Assembly: GCF_963921235.1 (NCBI RefSeq)
Contig: NC_086101.1
Coordinates: 109,802,001 to 109,866,000, forward strand
DNA length: 64,000 nt
Reading direction: 5' to 3'
DNA from: Mobula hypostoma
Taxonomy: Eukaryota
Each line of letters begins with the position of its first letter. Position 1 is the stretch's first letter. The position numbers and the translations under genes are program-made. The notes below the pieces were generated by a model. It saw only the letters and a list, made by a program, of their open reading frames with translations. It did not search any database and was not told the origin of the DNA. Of this stretch, positions 37,003 to 50,282 are shown piece by piece.

Positions 37003-38256
37003 TACAACTAGTTTGTTGGAGCTGGCCGCACAGGATGCTTGTGGGCTCTTTCAGCTGAAATCTAACCACTGCTGTATAACATGTTTTAAACTTAGGCTGA
37101 TAGAAATGTGGTGGGCAGATGTGAAGGTCACAAGCAAACTTGAGTGCAGAAATCACAAAATTCAGACAAAACTAAAGATCTATTACTGAAATTAACCCAA
37201 AAAAACTAACAAGAGCTCAGGCAAGCTGTACAGTATCTTGATGAACTGAAATCACTCACAATACACAGAAGAACTCGGTCAGAGTTTTCACCAGACAAGG
37301 ATCTGCCTCTCGGTTTTTTTGCACTACCTTACTTTCCATTTTTCTATTTTACAAATTGAATTTTTAATATTTACTAATTTTTACTATTTTTAATATTTAC
37401 TATCAATTTGCAATCCAGGGAGCGGGAAGCGCAGAATCAAATATCGCTGTGATGATTGTACGTTCTAGTATCAATTGTTTGGCGACAATGAAGTATAAAG
37501 TATAAGTATAATTATCTACAATGAGCCAGCACAGAAGACATGGTAAGCCCTCCTGAAATACACCCTGGATCACATAGGAATTCAGGGCCAGTTAGACAAC
37601 ATAGGTGTCCAGTTGAAGCCATAATCCCCAAAGACAACAACTACAATGCAAGACAGTGCTAACTAAATTATCCAAATTTGAATAAAAGTAATAAATACAA
37701 AGAGAGTTTAACAATCCCCACAATCCCAAATGAGGCACCTGTAAAACAAAGTGAAAACCCAGAGCCCGTCCCTTAGACACAAAAGGTCAACGATCCAAGG
37801 ACAATGCAGACCCACCAGGTTGCACTGAGAAAATTCAGTAACTGAAAAAAAAAATCCTTTTTTTTAAAAACATCCCCTGGTTGTGACAGCAGACACAGTG
37901 AGCATCAAAGATCAGCTGAACCGAGAACCTGCCAGCTTATCCTCCTCCCTGTCCCACCCCCGGTGTTTGTATTCTGGCTCCTGCCCCTTTCCAGAAGGCC
38001 GTAAAACAGAGGCGTGCCAGAGGCTGAGGGGAGATCAGACAGAGGTTTACAAGATTAGGAGAGGCATAGGTAGAGTGGACAGAGAGTAAACTGTCCACTC
38101 TATCTATGCCTCTGTCCAGGGCTGAAATGTCTAATGTCAGAGGGTCTGCACCGAAGGTGAGGGGATAGGTTCAAGGGAATGTGAGGGGTAATTTTTAAAC
38201 TCAGAGAGTGGTGGATGCCTGGAATGTACTGCCTGGTATGGTGGTAGAGGCAAATA

Positions 38257-38742
38257 CGAGGGGTGATTGATAAGTTCGTGGCCTAAGGTAGGAGGAGTCA
38301 ACTTTAGAAAACCTAGCACATTTATTTTTCAACATAGTACCCTCCTACATGTTCACACTTAGTCCAGCGGTCATGGAGCATACGTATCCCTTCTTTGTAG
38401 AAGTGGTTCACAGCAAGGGTGATTGATAGGTTCGTGATCTAATGTGGAAGGAGATGAGTTATACATTTCTCGTTACGTGCACGTGCAGTTCAACTCTTTG
38501 AGTGAAAATGCAGAAAGTTTGAAGTTAATAACTCATCTCCTTCTATCTTAGGCCACGTACTTATTAATCACCCCTGCTGTGGACCACTTCTGGAGGTCCA
38601 AGACACCGACCTCTACAAAGAAGGGATCCGTATGCTCCACGACTGCTGAACTAGGTGTGTAAATGTAGGAAAAATAAATATGCTAGGTTTTCTAAAATTG
38701 ACTCCTTCTACCTTAGGCCACAAACTTATCAATCACCCCTCA
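38257..38742. mobile_element. Mariner-type palindromic MITE with TA TSD, inserted in a CR1 fragment
   Basis: TIR CGAGGGGTGATTGATAAGTT ... AACTTATCAATCACCCCTCA; TA at 38255-56 and 38743-44; the host CR1 reads through (GGCAAATA|CATTAG). Confidence 0.9.
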
Positions 38743-39489
38743 TACATTAGAAATTTTTAAGGAACATTTAGGCAGGTACATTGATGGAGGGATATGGACA
38801 TGGTATAGGTTGGTTGGATTAGGGTTTGGGTGTTCTGGATTTGCTTTTTAGCTGGTTCGGCACAACATTGTGGGCCGAATGGCCTGTTTCTGTGCAGTAC
38901 TGTTCTATGTTAATTAGGCCATTTGGCCCATTGAGACTGCTCCACCATTCTATCAAGGCTGATTTATTATCCCTCTCAACTCCATTCTCCTGCCTTCTCC
39001 CTGTAACATTTGATGCGCTTACTAATCAAGAATCTACCAACCTCCACTTTAAATATATGCAATGACTTGGCCTCCACAGCTACCTGTGGCAATGAATTCC
39101 AGACTCACTCATCCTCTGGCAAAAGAAATTTCTCCTCGTTCTGTTCTAAAGGGATGTCCTTGTATTCTGAGGCTGTGCCCTCTGGTTCTAGGCTCCCTCT
39201 GCCCAGTCCTGATGAAGGTTCTTGGGCCAAGACATTGACCGTGGATAATTTTACTCAACTCTGAACTGACTCCACAACCTATAGGCTCACTGATGAGGAC
39301 TGGACAACTCAAGTTCTCGGTGTTATTTATTTACTTCTTTTTTATTATTTGCTCTATGTCTTCTTCTTGTTAGTCTTTGCTTATGTATAGTTTTTCATAA
39401 ATTCTATTGTACTTTTTCATTTTCCTGTGAATGCTTGAAAAGAAAATGAATCTCAGTGGTGACATATACAGAACATAGTTTGATAATAA

Positions 39490-40760
39490 AGCTACACACA
39501 CACAAAATGCTGGAGAAACTCAGCAGGTCAGGCAGCATCTATGGAAAAGAGTAAACAGTAGAGTTTTGGGCCGAGGCCCTTCTTCAGGGCTGCGAAGGAA
39601 GGGGGGAGATGCCAGAATAAAAAGGTGGGAGGAGGGGAAAGAGGCTAGCTGGAAGGTGTTAGGCAAAGCCAGGCAAAGGGCTAGAGAAAAAAAGCATCTG
39701 ATAGGAGAAGAGAGTGGACAATAGGAGAGAGGGAAGGAGAAGGGACCCAGGGGAAGTAACAGGCAGGTGAGAAGAAATAAAAGGTCAGAGTGGGGAATAA
39801 AGGAAGGGGGGTGTAAATTTGTTCACTGGATGGAGAAATCATATAAGATTATTAAGGGATTGGACACGCTAGAGGCAGGAAGCATGTTCCCGATGTTGGG
39901 GAAGTCCAGAACCAGAGGCCACAGTTTAAGAATAAGGGGTAGACCATTTAGAACGGAGTTGAGGAAAAACTTTTTCACGCAGAGGGTTGTGGTTCTGTGG
40001 AATGCTCTGCCTCAGAAGGCAGTGGAGGCCAATTCTCTGGATTCTTTCAAGAAAGAGATAGAGATCTTAAAGATTGCGGAGTGAAGGGATATGGGGATAA
40101 GGCAGGAACAGGGTACTGATTGTGGATGAACAGCCATGATCACAGAGAATGGCGGTGCTGGCTCGAATGGCCGAATGGCCTACTCCTGCACCTATTGTCT
40201 AAATCGATATTCATGCCATCAGGTTGGAAGGTACCCAGATGGAATATAAGGTGTTGTTCCCCCACCTGATTGTGGCCTCACCTTGGCTTGACAGAGGTCA
40301 AGGATCAACATGTCAGAATAGGAATTAAAATGCTTGGCTACTTGGAAGTTCTACTTGTGGCGGATGGCACGGAGATGCTCGGCAAAGCAGTCCTCCAATT
40401 TATGATGGGTTTCACCAGAGGCCAGATCAGGAACACTGGACATAATAGGCGACCCCAACAGACTCACAGGTGAAGTGTTCCCTCACCTGGAAGGACTGTT
40501 TGGGGCCCTGAATGGAAGTGAGGGAGGAGCTGCAGGAGCAGGTGTAGCATTTATGATGTGCCTGGAGGAATATTAGGGGGAGGGACAAATGGACAAGGGA
40601 ATCATGGATGGAGCAATCCCTGTGGAATGGGGTGGGGGTAAGTAAATATATGTTTAGTGGTAGGATCCCTTTGAAAATGGCAGCAGTTGCGGAGGATAAT
40701 GGGGTGGTAGATAACTCAAAGTGACTAATAAATTTACTTTGATTAACACAAAATGTTGGA
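39490..40760 (-). mobile_element. Penelope-like element remnants interrupted by a CR1 3' fragment (about 39838-40200, plus strand)
   Basis: HKCYTC..TSIQGPKQSFQVREHFTCES..Y..QCS, the region leading into the GIY-YIG endonuclease (40427-40792); degenerate hammerhead at about 39560-39592. Confidence 0.7.
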
Positions 40761-41423
40761 GGAACTCGGCAGGTCAGACAACATCTGAACACAAGAAATT
40801 CTGCAGATGCTGCCTGACCTGCTGAGTTCCTCCAACATTTTGTGTGTTGCTCTGGATTTTCAGCAACTCACATATTTATACGGATAACCCATAATGAATT
40901 ATTTAAACAAACAAGAATGCTTAATCAACCCCTTCTGGTTAGATGCTGCCTGACCTGCTGAGCTCCTCCAGCATTTTGTGTGTGTGTTACTCTGGATACT
41001 GCAGGCTCTCTTGTGTTTAATATTTACTTCAAAATTTATTTCCCTCCAGAGATGTTGTCCGACTTACTGAGTTTCTCCAGCAATTGTGTGTGATGCTCAA
41101 GATCAGCTGAAGTTTAGCTGACTAGGTGTGGAGGGATGGGAACTTTGCAAATAGACTAAAATGCTGGACTGCAATCCCGTGAGCTACCATTTGCAAGGAC
41201 TATGAATGTCAATTAACAAGAAGTTCAAATGAACCAGATGGCTTTACGAATGCTGTTGGAGGGAATAAGAATTTGAATTAATGAAAGTCTGCACCAACTT
41301 GGGTGTTCAATCACTGTACAAAAGACAACAAACTGTGCAAATACAAAAGTAAAGAAATAATAATAAAAAACAATAAATATGGAGAACATGAGAGGAAGAG
41401 ACACTGAAACTGAATCCATACAT

Positions 41424-42750
41424 TTCAATGGTGAAATGAAATCGAGTGAAGTCCCACAACCAATGGAGTCACTTGGAAGGACTCTTCATCTCATGGAGGC
41501 TGGTGACCAGTGGTGTGCCTCAGGGATCTGTTCTGGGACCCCTACTCTTCGTGAATTTTATAAATGACCTGGATGATGAGGTGGAGGGATGGGTTAGTAA
41601 ATTTGCTGATGACACAAAGGTTGGGGGTGTTGTGGATAGTGTGGAGGGCTGTCAGAGGTTACAGCAGGTCACTGATAGGGTGCAAGACTGGGCTGAGAAG
41701 TGGCAAATAGAGTTCAGCCCAGATAAGTGTGAGGTGGTTCATTTTGGTAGGTCAAGTATGATGGCAGAATATAGTATTAATGATAAGACTCTTGGCAGTG
41801 TGGAGGATCAGAGGGATCTTGGGGTCCGAGTCCATAGGACACTCAAAGCTGCTGTGTAGGTTGACTCTGTGGTTAAGAAAGCATACGGTGCATTGGCCTT
41901 CATCAATCATGGGATTGAGTTTAGGAGCCGAGAGGTAATGTTGCAGCTATATAGGACCCTGGTCAGACTCCACTTGGAGTACTGTGCTCAGTTCTGGTCG
42001 CCTCACTACAGGAAGGATGTGGAAACCACAGAAAGGGTGCAGAGGAGATTTACAAGGATGTTGCCTGGATTGGGGAGCGTGCCTTATGAGAATAGGTTGA
42101 GTGAACTCGGCCTTTTCTCCTTGGAACGACGGAGGATGAGAAGTGACCTAATAGAGGTGTATAAGATGATGAGAGGCATTGATCATGTGAATAGTCAGAG
42201 GCTTTTTTCCAGGGCTGAAATGGCTTGCACAGTTTTAGTGTGCTTGGAAGTAAGTACAGAGGAGATGTCAGGGGTAAGTCTTTTTTACGCAGAGTAGTTT
42301 TTTTTAGCATGTCGCACCAGTCAGCCATTCTTGTCTGGTGCGTGGTGTCAGGATTGGTCTCCTTTCGGATTAACCGGGTCACGATAGGAACGTTTCTGAC
42401 TTGACCCTTGTTTTTTACGAGTGGCTAGCTCGACGCTCAACTCGGCATGGATGGAAAGCGTGCCTGATGGTGTGGCCGAACTTGGATTCGAACTTTGAGC
42501 CTTCGCTCCGGAGTCCGGCGCTGATGCCACTGTGCCACCAGCCACACGCAGAGTGGTGAGCGCGTGGAATGGGCTGTCGGCGACGGTGGTGGAGGCGGAT
42601 ACGATAGGGACTCCTGGATAGGCACATGGAGCTTAGAAAAATAGAGGGCTATGGGTAACCCTAGGTAATTTCTCAGGTAAGGACATGTTCAGCACAGCTT
42701 TGTGGGCCAAAGGGCCTGTATTGTGCTGTAGGTTTTCTATGTTTCTATGA
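41424..42750 (+). mobile_element. CR1 RT 3' portion
   Basis: VTSGVPQGSVLGPLLF, FADDTKVGG, HLEYCAQFW. Confidence 0.9.
42296..42545 (-). mobile_element. tRNA-derived SINE inserted in CR1
   Basis: A and B boxes, poly(A) tail; 9-bp TSD ACGCAGAGT at 42287-42295 and 42546-42554. Confidence 0.9.
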
Positions 42751-43202
42751 GAACAGGTTGAGTGAACTCGGCCTTTTTTCCTTAGAGCAACGGAGGATGA
42801 GAGGTGACCTGATAGAGGAGTACAAGATGATGAGAGGCATTATATGTCTATAATATCTGTCTTGATGTTAATTATTTATTTATTTATTTATTGTTATTTC
42901 TTCTTCTTTTGTATTTGCACAGTTTGTACCTTCTGCACAACATCCGGACGTAGGTATTGCTATTGTCCAGCGGAGAGCCGGCAATCAACACCGGCTTCTG
43001 CTCCTCTTGAACTCCCTCCCACCACTCTCTGTCTCCCACTGTTCCTTTTGCCCTCATGTCTCTGTCGTTCGTCTCAGCTGAGCTCTGTGCAACTGTGAAA
43101 CCCAGAAACCGGTCTTGGGGAAAATGGCCTCCTCTCAGGCAGCAGCAGGAAATGAACCTGGCTGGTCTGTGCTGTAAAGTGTTGTGCTAACCACTACTTG
43201 TG

Positions 43203-43375
43203 TGGGCACGTGGCCAAGTTGATAAGGCACTGGACTAGCGACCTGAAGATCGTGAGTTCGAGCCCCAGCTGAGGCAACATGTGTTGTGTCCTTGAGCAGG
43301 GCACTTAATCACACAATGCTCTGCAATGACACTGGTGCCAAGCTGTATGGGTCCTAATGCCCTTCCCCTGGGCAA
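43203..43375 (+). mobile_element. tRNA-derived V-SINE-like element
   Basis: A box TGGCCAAGTTG, B box GTTCGAGCC, V-domain-like GTTGTGTCCTTGAGCAGGGCACTT. Confidence 0.7.
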
Positions 43376-43451
43376 CTGCTGGTCTTCCATACAACACTCA
43401 CAATACACTGGAGGAACTCAGCAGGTCGGGCAGCATCTGTGGAAAAGATCG

Positions 43452-43485
43452 GTCGACGTTTCGGGCCGGAACCCTTCGTCAGGAC
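43452..43485 (-). ncRNA. Minimal type I hammerhead ribozyme motif (Penelope-associated)
   Basis: GTC-CTGACGA-A-GGGTTCCGGCCC-GAAA-CGTC/GAC: intact core, stem I GTC/GAC, stem II GGG/CCC, palindromic ACGT stem III. Confidence 0.7.
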
Positions 43486-44039
43486 TTTTCCTCCAGTGTG
43501 TTGTGACTGCTGCTTTGACCCCAGAATCTGCAGATTATTTTGTGTCTTCCATACAACCTTGCCCAGGCCTGTGCCCTGGAGAGTGAAGACTTTCCAGGCG
43601 CAGATCCATGGTCTCGCAAGACTAACGGATGCCTTTAAACCAGTACAGGCTGTGTAGACACCACATGCTGTCTGTCTGCTGATCATTTTGAGAGCTAGGC
43701 TGATGGATCGTTTCTGGATTCAGGCTTATTGCTTATATGTAAACATTACATTTGAAAGCCCCCAGGAATGCTGTGTCCAAACCATTGGTTGGTGGACTAA
43801 TGGGTAAGGAGAGACTATTAAAGTGTCTGACTGATTTATGGGGGCTTTGTTGTTTAAATGAAAGAAACCAGCCTGAGCTAATGTAAGAACAAAGAGTTTG
43901 CCTGTTTCTGGCTCTCTCTGCCTTGTGAATATATGTAGGGCTGCCTTTCCCGGTTTTGTTGGACTTCAACCAAGGGCTGGAAATCTCAATCAACGCCTAG
44001 GACCCACTCAGCGGTTGGTTTCACGAGTCTGAGTGTGGA

Positions 44040-44600
44040 GAAGAGCAAGGAAATCATTGTGGCCTTCTGGAAGGTGCAGATGAATTCATGGCTCCTCAGG
44101 AGAGAGAGTTAAGTACGCCAAGTTCCTGGGAGTCCACATCACGGATGACCCTTAATGTCACCTCCCTGAATAAGGAGGCACAGCAGAGTCTCCCTGTCCT
44201 AAGGAGATTGAGGTAAGCGAGGCCCCCTCCCGCCATCTCAACTGTGTTTTACAGGAGCACCATTAAGAGTGTCCTGACAAGTTGCATCTCCATCTGGTAT
44301 GGGAGCAGCAGAGCATCGGACCGGAAGTCCCTACAAAGGGCTGTGAGATCATAGGGGTCTCCCTACCACTCAAGGACATTGAGCAGAACTGCAGCTTACG
44401 CAGGGCCCTTAGTATTATTAAAGATCCCACCCATCTGTCCAGCATCCTCTTTGACTTTCTACCATCAGGCAGGAGACTCCGATGCATAAAAGCAAGAACG
44501 GTCAGGATGAGAAACAGTTTCCTCCCTCAGCCCATTCTGAACCCCCTGCCACATCAAGTGTCAGTGGTAAATCTGTTCTGTACCTTGCAATAATTCATTT
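44040..44600 (+). mobile_element. Rex1/Babar LINE 3' fragment
   Basis: FLGVHITDD..; RRALSIIKDPTH...LPSGRRLR. Confidence 0.75.
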
Positions 44601-44689
44601 ATGCCCTTTAGTTTATTTATGCGTAATCCACCTTTAGCTTTCGTGAGTTATGAGCCTTGTGCTTGATGCATACCGCACTGCTTTTACAC

Positions 44690-44936
44690 ACTGGTTCAGA
44701 GTAGCAGTGAGATCTGCGCTGGACTCCGGAGCGAAGGTTCCCGAGTTCAAATCCAGGTCGGGCCACCCCCCGAGCACGCTTTCCATCCGTGCCGGGTTGA
44801 GTGCCGAGCTGGCCACTCGGCCCCGTAAAAAATACAAGGGTCGAGTCAGGAACGTTCATAACATGACCGGGTTAATCCTGACACCATGTGCCAGACAAGA
44901 ATGGCTGAATGTCTGGTACGACACGCTTAAAAAAAA
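44690..44936 (+). mobile_element. tRNA-derived SINE (same family and tail as 42296-42545)
   Basis: Shared body TTTCCATCCGTGCCGGGTTGAG and tail CCAGACAAGAATGGCTG; poly(A). Confidence 0.85.
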
Positions 44937-46593
44937 GGGAAACATTGTCTCGCTTGACGGTATAAATGTGTTTAGTTAAATGATAATAAACTTGACAACT
45001 TGAGTGAGTCAGAATTTGGAGTTCCCCCGACAACAGCAATAATCAAGTGGTGACTAACAATCATGAGCCCTGAAATTTTAGTGCTTTGCGGAAATCTTTG
45101 TGACTTGTTATGTATTTTTTGTGGTTTATTGGTGCTGCACACTTATCACTGCATCTCCTGGACACCCAAATGGTTTGCATCTGATTAAGACAGCCCCTTA
45201 CACCCTTTCACTTCCTTTCCTTATCAGGTTTGCCTTCACTCACTCCCAGTTAAGACAAATGGTCTTTGACCTGAAATAATTAACTGTTTCTCTTCCCGCA
45301 GATGCTTCCCACACAAGTCCAGCATTTTGTTTTTGACACACAGTTTTAAACTCTCATGGTGGTACACAGCAATAAGGTACTTTCCACAGTAGTGTAACAA
45401 TTAGCCTAACTCTATCACAGTGTTAGTGACCTGGCTTGCAGTCCCACTGTTGTCTGTAAGGGGTTGCTACATTCTCCCTGTGACCTCCTTTCCTCCCACA
45501 TTCCAAAGACGTTTAAAGTCATTTGCTTGGCCGCACGGGTAAAATTGGGTGATGCATGCCCAGAGGGCCTATTACCTTGCTGCATCGCTGAATAAAGAGG
45601 GCAGAAACTTGGGCCCCAGTGAGTGAAAAGGGAGAACTGGAGTCTCAGTGAGCTCGAAGAGTGTGCGGCAAACAACCTGGTAAGCCGGATGCTAACCAGA
45701 ACAATCGGGATTTCCGAATAGCTGGGCAACATAATCAGAATTTTGCTAAATGAGCCGGCCAGCAGTGGGGCAGAGGGGGAGAGAGACACCCACCCACCCA
45801 CCCAGTTTCAGGAACAGCTTCTTCCCCTTCACCATCAGATTTCTGAATGGATAATGAGCCCATTGACTCTACCTCAGTTTTTTTTTGCACTCATTATTTA
45901 ATGTATGTATCTCATTGTAATTTATAAAATTACGTACTACAATGTACAGCTGCCACAAAACAACTTTCACAACCCAGTGATATTAATCCTGATTGAAAGT
46001 GGCAGCGGAAGTAGCGGATGATCAAGAAACTGCATGGCGGGGGAGAACATTCAGCCGTGATCGGATGGGCTGAATGGCCTAATTCTGCTCCTGTGTCTTA
46101 TGGACTTGTACGAGAGCTGATCTCACCAACTACAGCAAGTGGCTTTGACACTTCCTGAAGTAGTCTGCAATGCACTTTGCATTAACCAGTTCCATTCAGT
46201 CCTACCTTTAAAACATAAACGCTGCTGCACACCCCCTTACCAGCTTCATCTAAACAGCTCAGGGCATGCAGGCTGTCTGGATGCAAGTCTTAGAAATGAT
46301 GTGACAGCTTAGACGAAGCCTTCCAGTAACTCCCATATCAAGTGACGCTCATGATTCGCAAGCCACACCACAACAGCACACATAGTCTGCGAGGTGACAA
46401 TGGTGGGAGGAAGCCAAGTGACAGAGATGGTTATGCTGTATGTGAAGGTTCTCACAATCCCTTTAAACCCACTGGAGTGGTGTTGCCCCTGCTCCTTGCA
46501 TTCTTACTAAGGCACCCTTACTAAGAATGCAGGTCTGTGGTACCCATTTCCCATGCTTCCATTAAACTCTCAATTCTTAAAAAAATATAGATA

Positions 46594-47060
46594 CGAGGGG
46601 TGCTTGAAAAGTTCGTGGCCTAAGGTAGGAGTCCATTTTAGAAAACCTAGCACATTTATTTTTCAACATAGTCCCCTCCTACATTTACACACTTAGTCCA
46701 GCGGTCGTGGAGCATACGGATCTTGGACCTCCAGAAAGTGTCCACAGATGGGTGATTGATAAATTCGTGGCCTACCGTAGAAGGAGATGAGTTATGAACT
46801 TCAAATTTTCTGCATAATTACTCAAAGCGTTGACCTGCATGTGCATGTAACAAGAGCTGTATAACTCATCTCCTTCTACCTTAGGCTATGAACTTACCAA
46901 TCACCCCTGCTGTGGACACTTTCTGCAGGTCCAAGATCCGTATGCTCCACGACCGCTGGACAAAGTGTGTGAATGTAGGAGGGGACTATGTCGAAAAATA
47001 AATGTACTAAGTTTTCTAAAATGGACTCCTTCTACCTTAATCCCCAAACTTATCAATCAT
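46594..47060. mobile_element. Second copy of the mariner-type palindromic MITE
   Basis: TA-CGAGGGGTGCTTGAAAAGTTCGTGGCCTAAGG start; right TIR truncated at CTTATCAATCATC. Confidence 0.85.
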
Positions 47061-47902
47061 CAAGGGCAGTCCTTCTCACCTAATCTCTAAAATTCCACCC
47101 CTTGGTCAATTGATCCTTGCCGCGAGGTCCTCATCTACTTATTTATTTATTGAGATACGGTGCCGAACAGGCCTTCTGAGCCACCCCAGTTTAACCCTAA
47201 CCTAATCATAGGACAATAACCAATAAACTTGCCAACTGGACTGTGGGAGGAAACTGGAGCACCCAGAGGAAACCCATGCCATTACGGGGAGAACGTACAA
47301 CCTCCTTACAGGCAGCGGCGGGATTTGAACCTGGGTCACTGGTACTGTACAGCGTTGTGCCAACCATGGTGCCACTGTGAATCCACAGGTCCTAGATTCA
47401 GGGTAAAAGGTGAAATATTTAAGAAGAAATCCTTCACTTAGAGGGTACAGACAGTGTGGAATAAGCTGGCCGCAGAAGTGGTGGACTCAATTGCAACATT
47501 AAAGAAGTTTGGATGGGATAGCTATGGAGGGCTACGGTCTGAGAATGGGTCGATGAGAATATGCAATCTAACAGATTCCCTTTGCGTTCAATTGGTCCCT
47601 CTCCCTGGAAGCTGTCGGAAAATGGTGCTGGAGTCCTGGATTTTTGGCAAATTTTCATTGATGCAGTTTAGGGAGTGGATATTGTAGTTCACTTTATGAT
47701 GTGTTTCTGGTTTCTCTTGCTATCTTAGGTGACTTTAACTTGGGGCTGCCTGCAGATAATGAACACTGAGCTGAACTGAATACGCCTGGACTCTTTCAAT
47801 TTTGTGTTTTATATTTTCCATTTATGTTGTTGCCGCTTGTGTGATTTTTTTTTGCACAGTGGGAGTTCGATGTTTTTCTTTGTTTTGTGGCTGTCTGTGA
47901 AT

Positions 47903-48087
47903 NNNNNNNNNNNNNNNNNNNNNNNNNNNNNNNNNNNNNNNNNNNNNNNNNNNNNNNNNNNNNNNNNNNNNNNNNNNNNNNNNNNNNNNNNNNNNNNNNN
48001 NNNNNNNNNNNNNNNNNNNNNNNNNNNNNNNNNNNNNNNNNNNNNNNNNNNNNNNNNNNNNNNNNNNNNNNNNNNNNNNNNNNNNNN
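47903..48087. other. Assembly gap (185 N)
   Basis: Run of N. Confidence 1.
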
Positions 48088-48089
48088 AC

Positions 48090-50110
48090 ATTGAATCTTT
48101 GAATTGAATGGACTTTATTTCTTACATCCTTCGTATAGATGAGAAGTAATAATCTTACGTTTTCGTCTTAATGTGCAATTTATAATAAATAGTATGTACA
48201 ACAGGACGGTCAACATAACATAGGAATACAATTTTATCAACATGAATTAATCAGTCTGATGGCCTGATGGAAGAAGCTGTTCCGGAGCCTGTTGGTCCTG
48301 GCTTTTATGCTGCGGTACCATTTCCCAGATGGTAGCAGCTGGAACGGTTTGTAGTTGGGGTGACTCGGGTCCCCAATGATCCTTCAGGCCCTTTTTTCAC
48401 ACCTGTCTTTGTAAATGTCCTGAATCATGGGAAGTTCACAACTACAGATGTGCTGGGCTGTCCGCACCACTCTCTGCAGAGTCCTGTGATTGAGGGAAGC
48501 ACAGTTCCCATACCAGGAAGTGATGCAGCCAGTCAGGATGCTCTCAATTGTGCCCCTGTATAAAGTTCTTAGGATTTGGAGGCCCATACCAAACTTCAAC
48601 CATCTGAGGTGACAGAGGTGCTCCTTTTTCACCACATAGCCGGTATATACTGACCACATGAGATCCTCGGTGATGTGGATGCCAAGGAACTTAAAGCTCT
48701 TCACCTTCTCAACCCCAGATCCATTTGATGTTAATAGGGGTTAGCCTGTCTCCATTCCTCCTGTAGTCCACAACCAGCTCCTTTGTTATTGCGACACTGA
48801 GGGAGAGGTTGTTTTCTTGACACTACTCTGTCAGGGTGATGACTTCTCTGTAGGCTGCCTCATTATTATTTGAGATTAGGCCAATCAGTGTAGTGGCGTC
48901 AGCACATTTAATTAGCAGATTGGAGCTGTGGGCGGCGACACAGTCAAGGGTATACAGAGGGTAAAGAAGGGGGCTTAGGCCACAGCCCTGAGGGGCACCT
49001 GTGTTGAGGCGCAGAGGTGAGGGAGGCCACTCTTACCACCTGCCGGAGATCTGACAGGAAGTCCAGGATCCAGCTGCATAAAGCAGGGTGAAGGCCGAGG
49101 TCTCTGAGCTATTTGTCGAGCCTGGGGGGTATTATGGTGTTGAATGCTGAACTGTAGTCCAAGAACAGCATTCTCACATAAGCATCCCTCTTCTCCAGGT
49201 GCATAAGGACAGTATGTAGAGCAGTGGCTGTTGCATCATCTGTCGATCGGTTGTGTCGGTAGGTGAATTGTAGTGGGGGGGGGGGGTCCAGTTTGGGTGG
49301 TAGCAAGCTGCAGACCAGCTTCTCAAAGCATTTGCTTATTATTGAGGTGAGTGCGACAGCACGCCAGTCGTTCAGACATGATACCTTAGTCTTTTCAGAT
49401 ACAGGGACAATGGTGGATGATTTGAAGCAGGAGGGCACTCTACACTGGGAGAGGGAAGAGATTAAAAATGTCTGTAAACACACCTGCCAGTTGTGCCGCG
49501 CACATCCTGAGCACTCCCCCTGGGATGCCGTCTGGTCCCGCAGCCTTACGACTGTCTACCTGTTGGAAACACCCGTGTACTTCGGCCCCAGAGATGACCA
49601 AGCTGCAGGTCTCCTCAGGGCTCAGTACTGGTGACATTGAATCAAGCGTAAAAAGATTTAGCTCATCTGCGGGAGAGGCAGCAATGTTGTAATCTTCACT
49701 GCGATCAGCTTTGAAGTCTGTGATGGTGTGCAGACCTTGCCATAAGCTGTGTGTGTTGTTGGTGGAGAGTTGAGTGTGGATATTGTCCCTGTATTGCTGT
49801 TTTATTGCTTTGATGACTTTGCGCAGATCATAGCTGCGTTCCTTGAGTTCCTGTTGGTCACCGGCAATGTAAACTCTGTGTCGCACGGTAAGTACTGCTC
49901 GCACAGAATTGATTTGTTCTGCTTTTCTGTGTGAACAACACAACCTTTACACGTTGCCGGTGTTTTGATTGTACTGGAGAATCTGGCTAAGGACACAGCA
50001 AGCTCTGAAGCACAGGTCTGACAAAACCTCACGCAGTATTGTGTTGGTTCCATAGCCTTTGCTGTAGACAGTGGTCTCAGGCAGATAATACCTGGTGTGG
50101 ACATTAAATC
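48090..50110 (-). mobile_element. Rex1/Babar LINE, decayed RT and C-terminal domain
   Basis: [67 protein letters not shown]. Confidence 0.9.
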
Positions 50111-50282
50111 TAGCTTTACTTATCACAGGTACATCGTAACATATGTTTGCATTAAATCAAATCAGCAAAGATTATGCTAGGAGCGACCTGCAAATGTCAC
50201 CATGTTTCCAATGTAGCATGCTCACAACTATTAACCCTAACCACGCAAACAACAGGAATTCTGCAGATGCTGGAAATTCAAG

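Noticed and set aside
45415-45801. 128-aa minus-strand ORF containing SYSEI
   Set aside because: No compatible splice phase with either gene, partly overlaps a SINE-like repeat, and has no recognisable domain.
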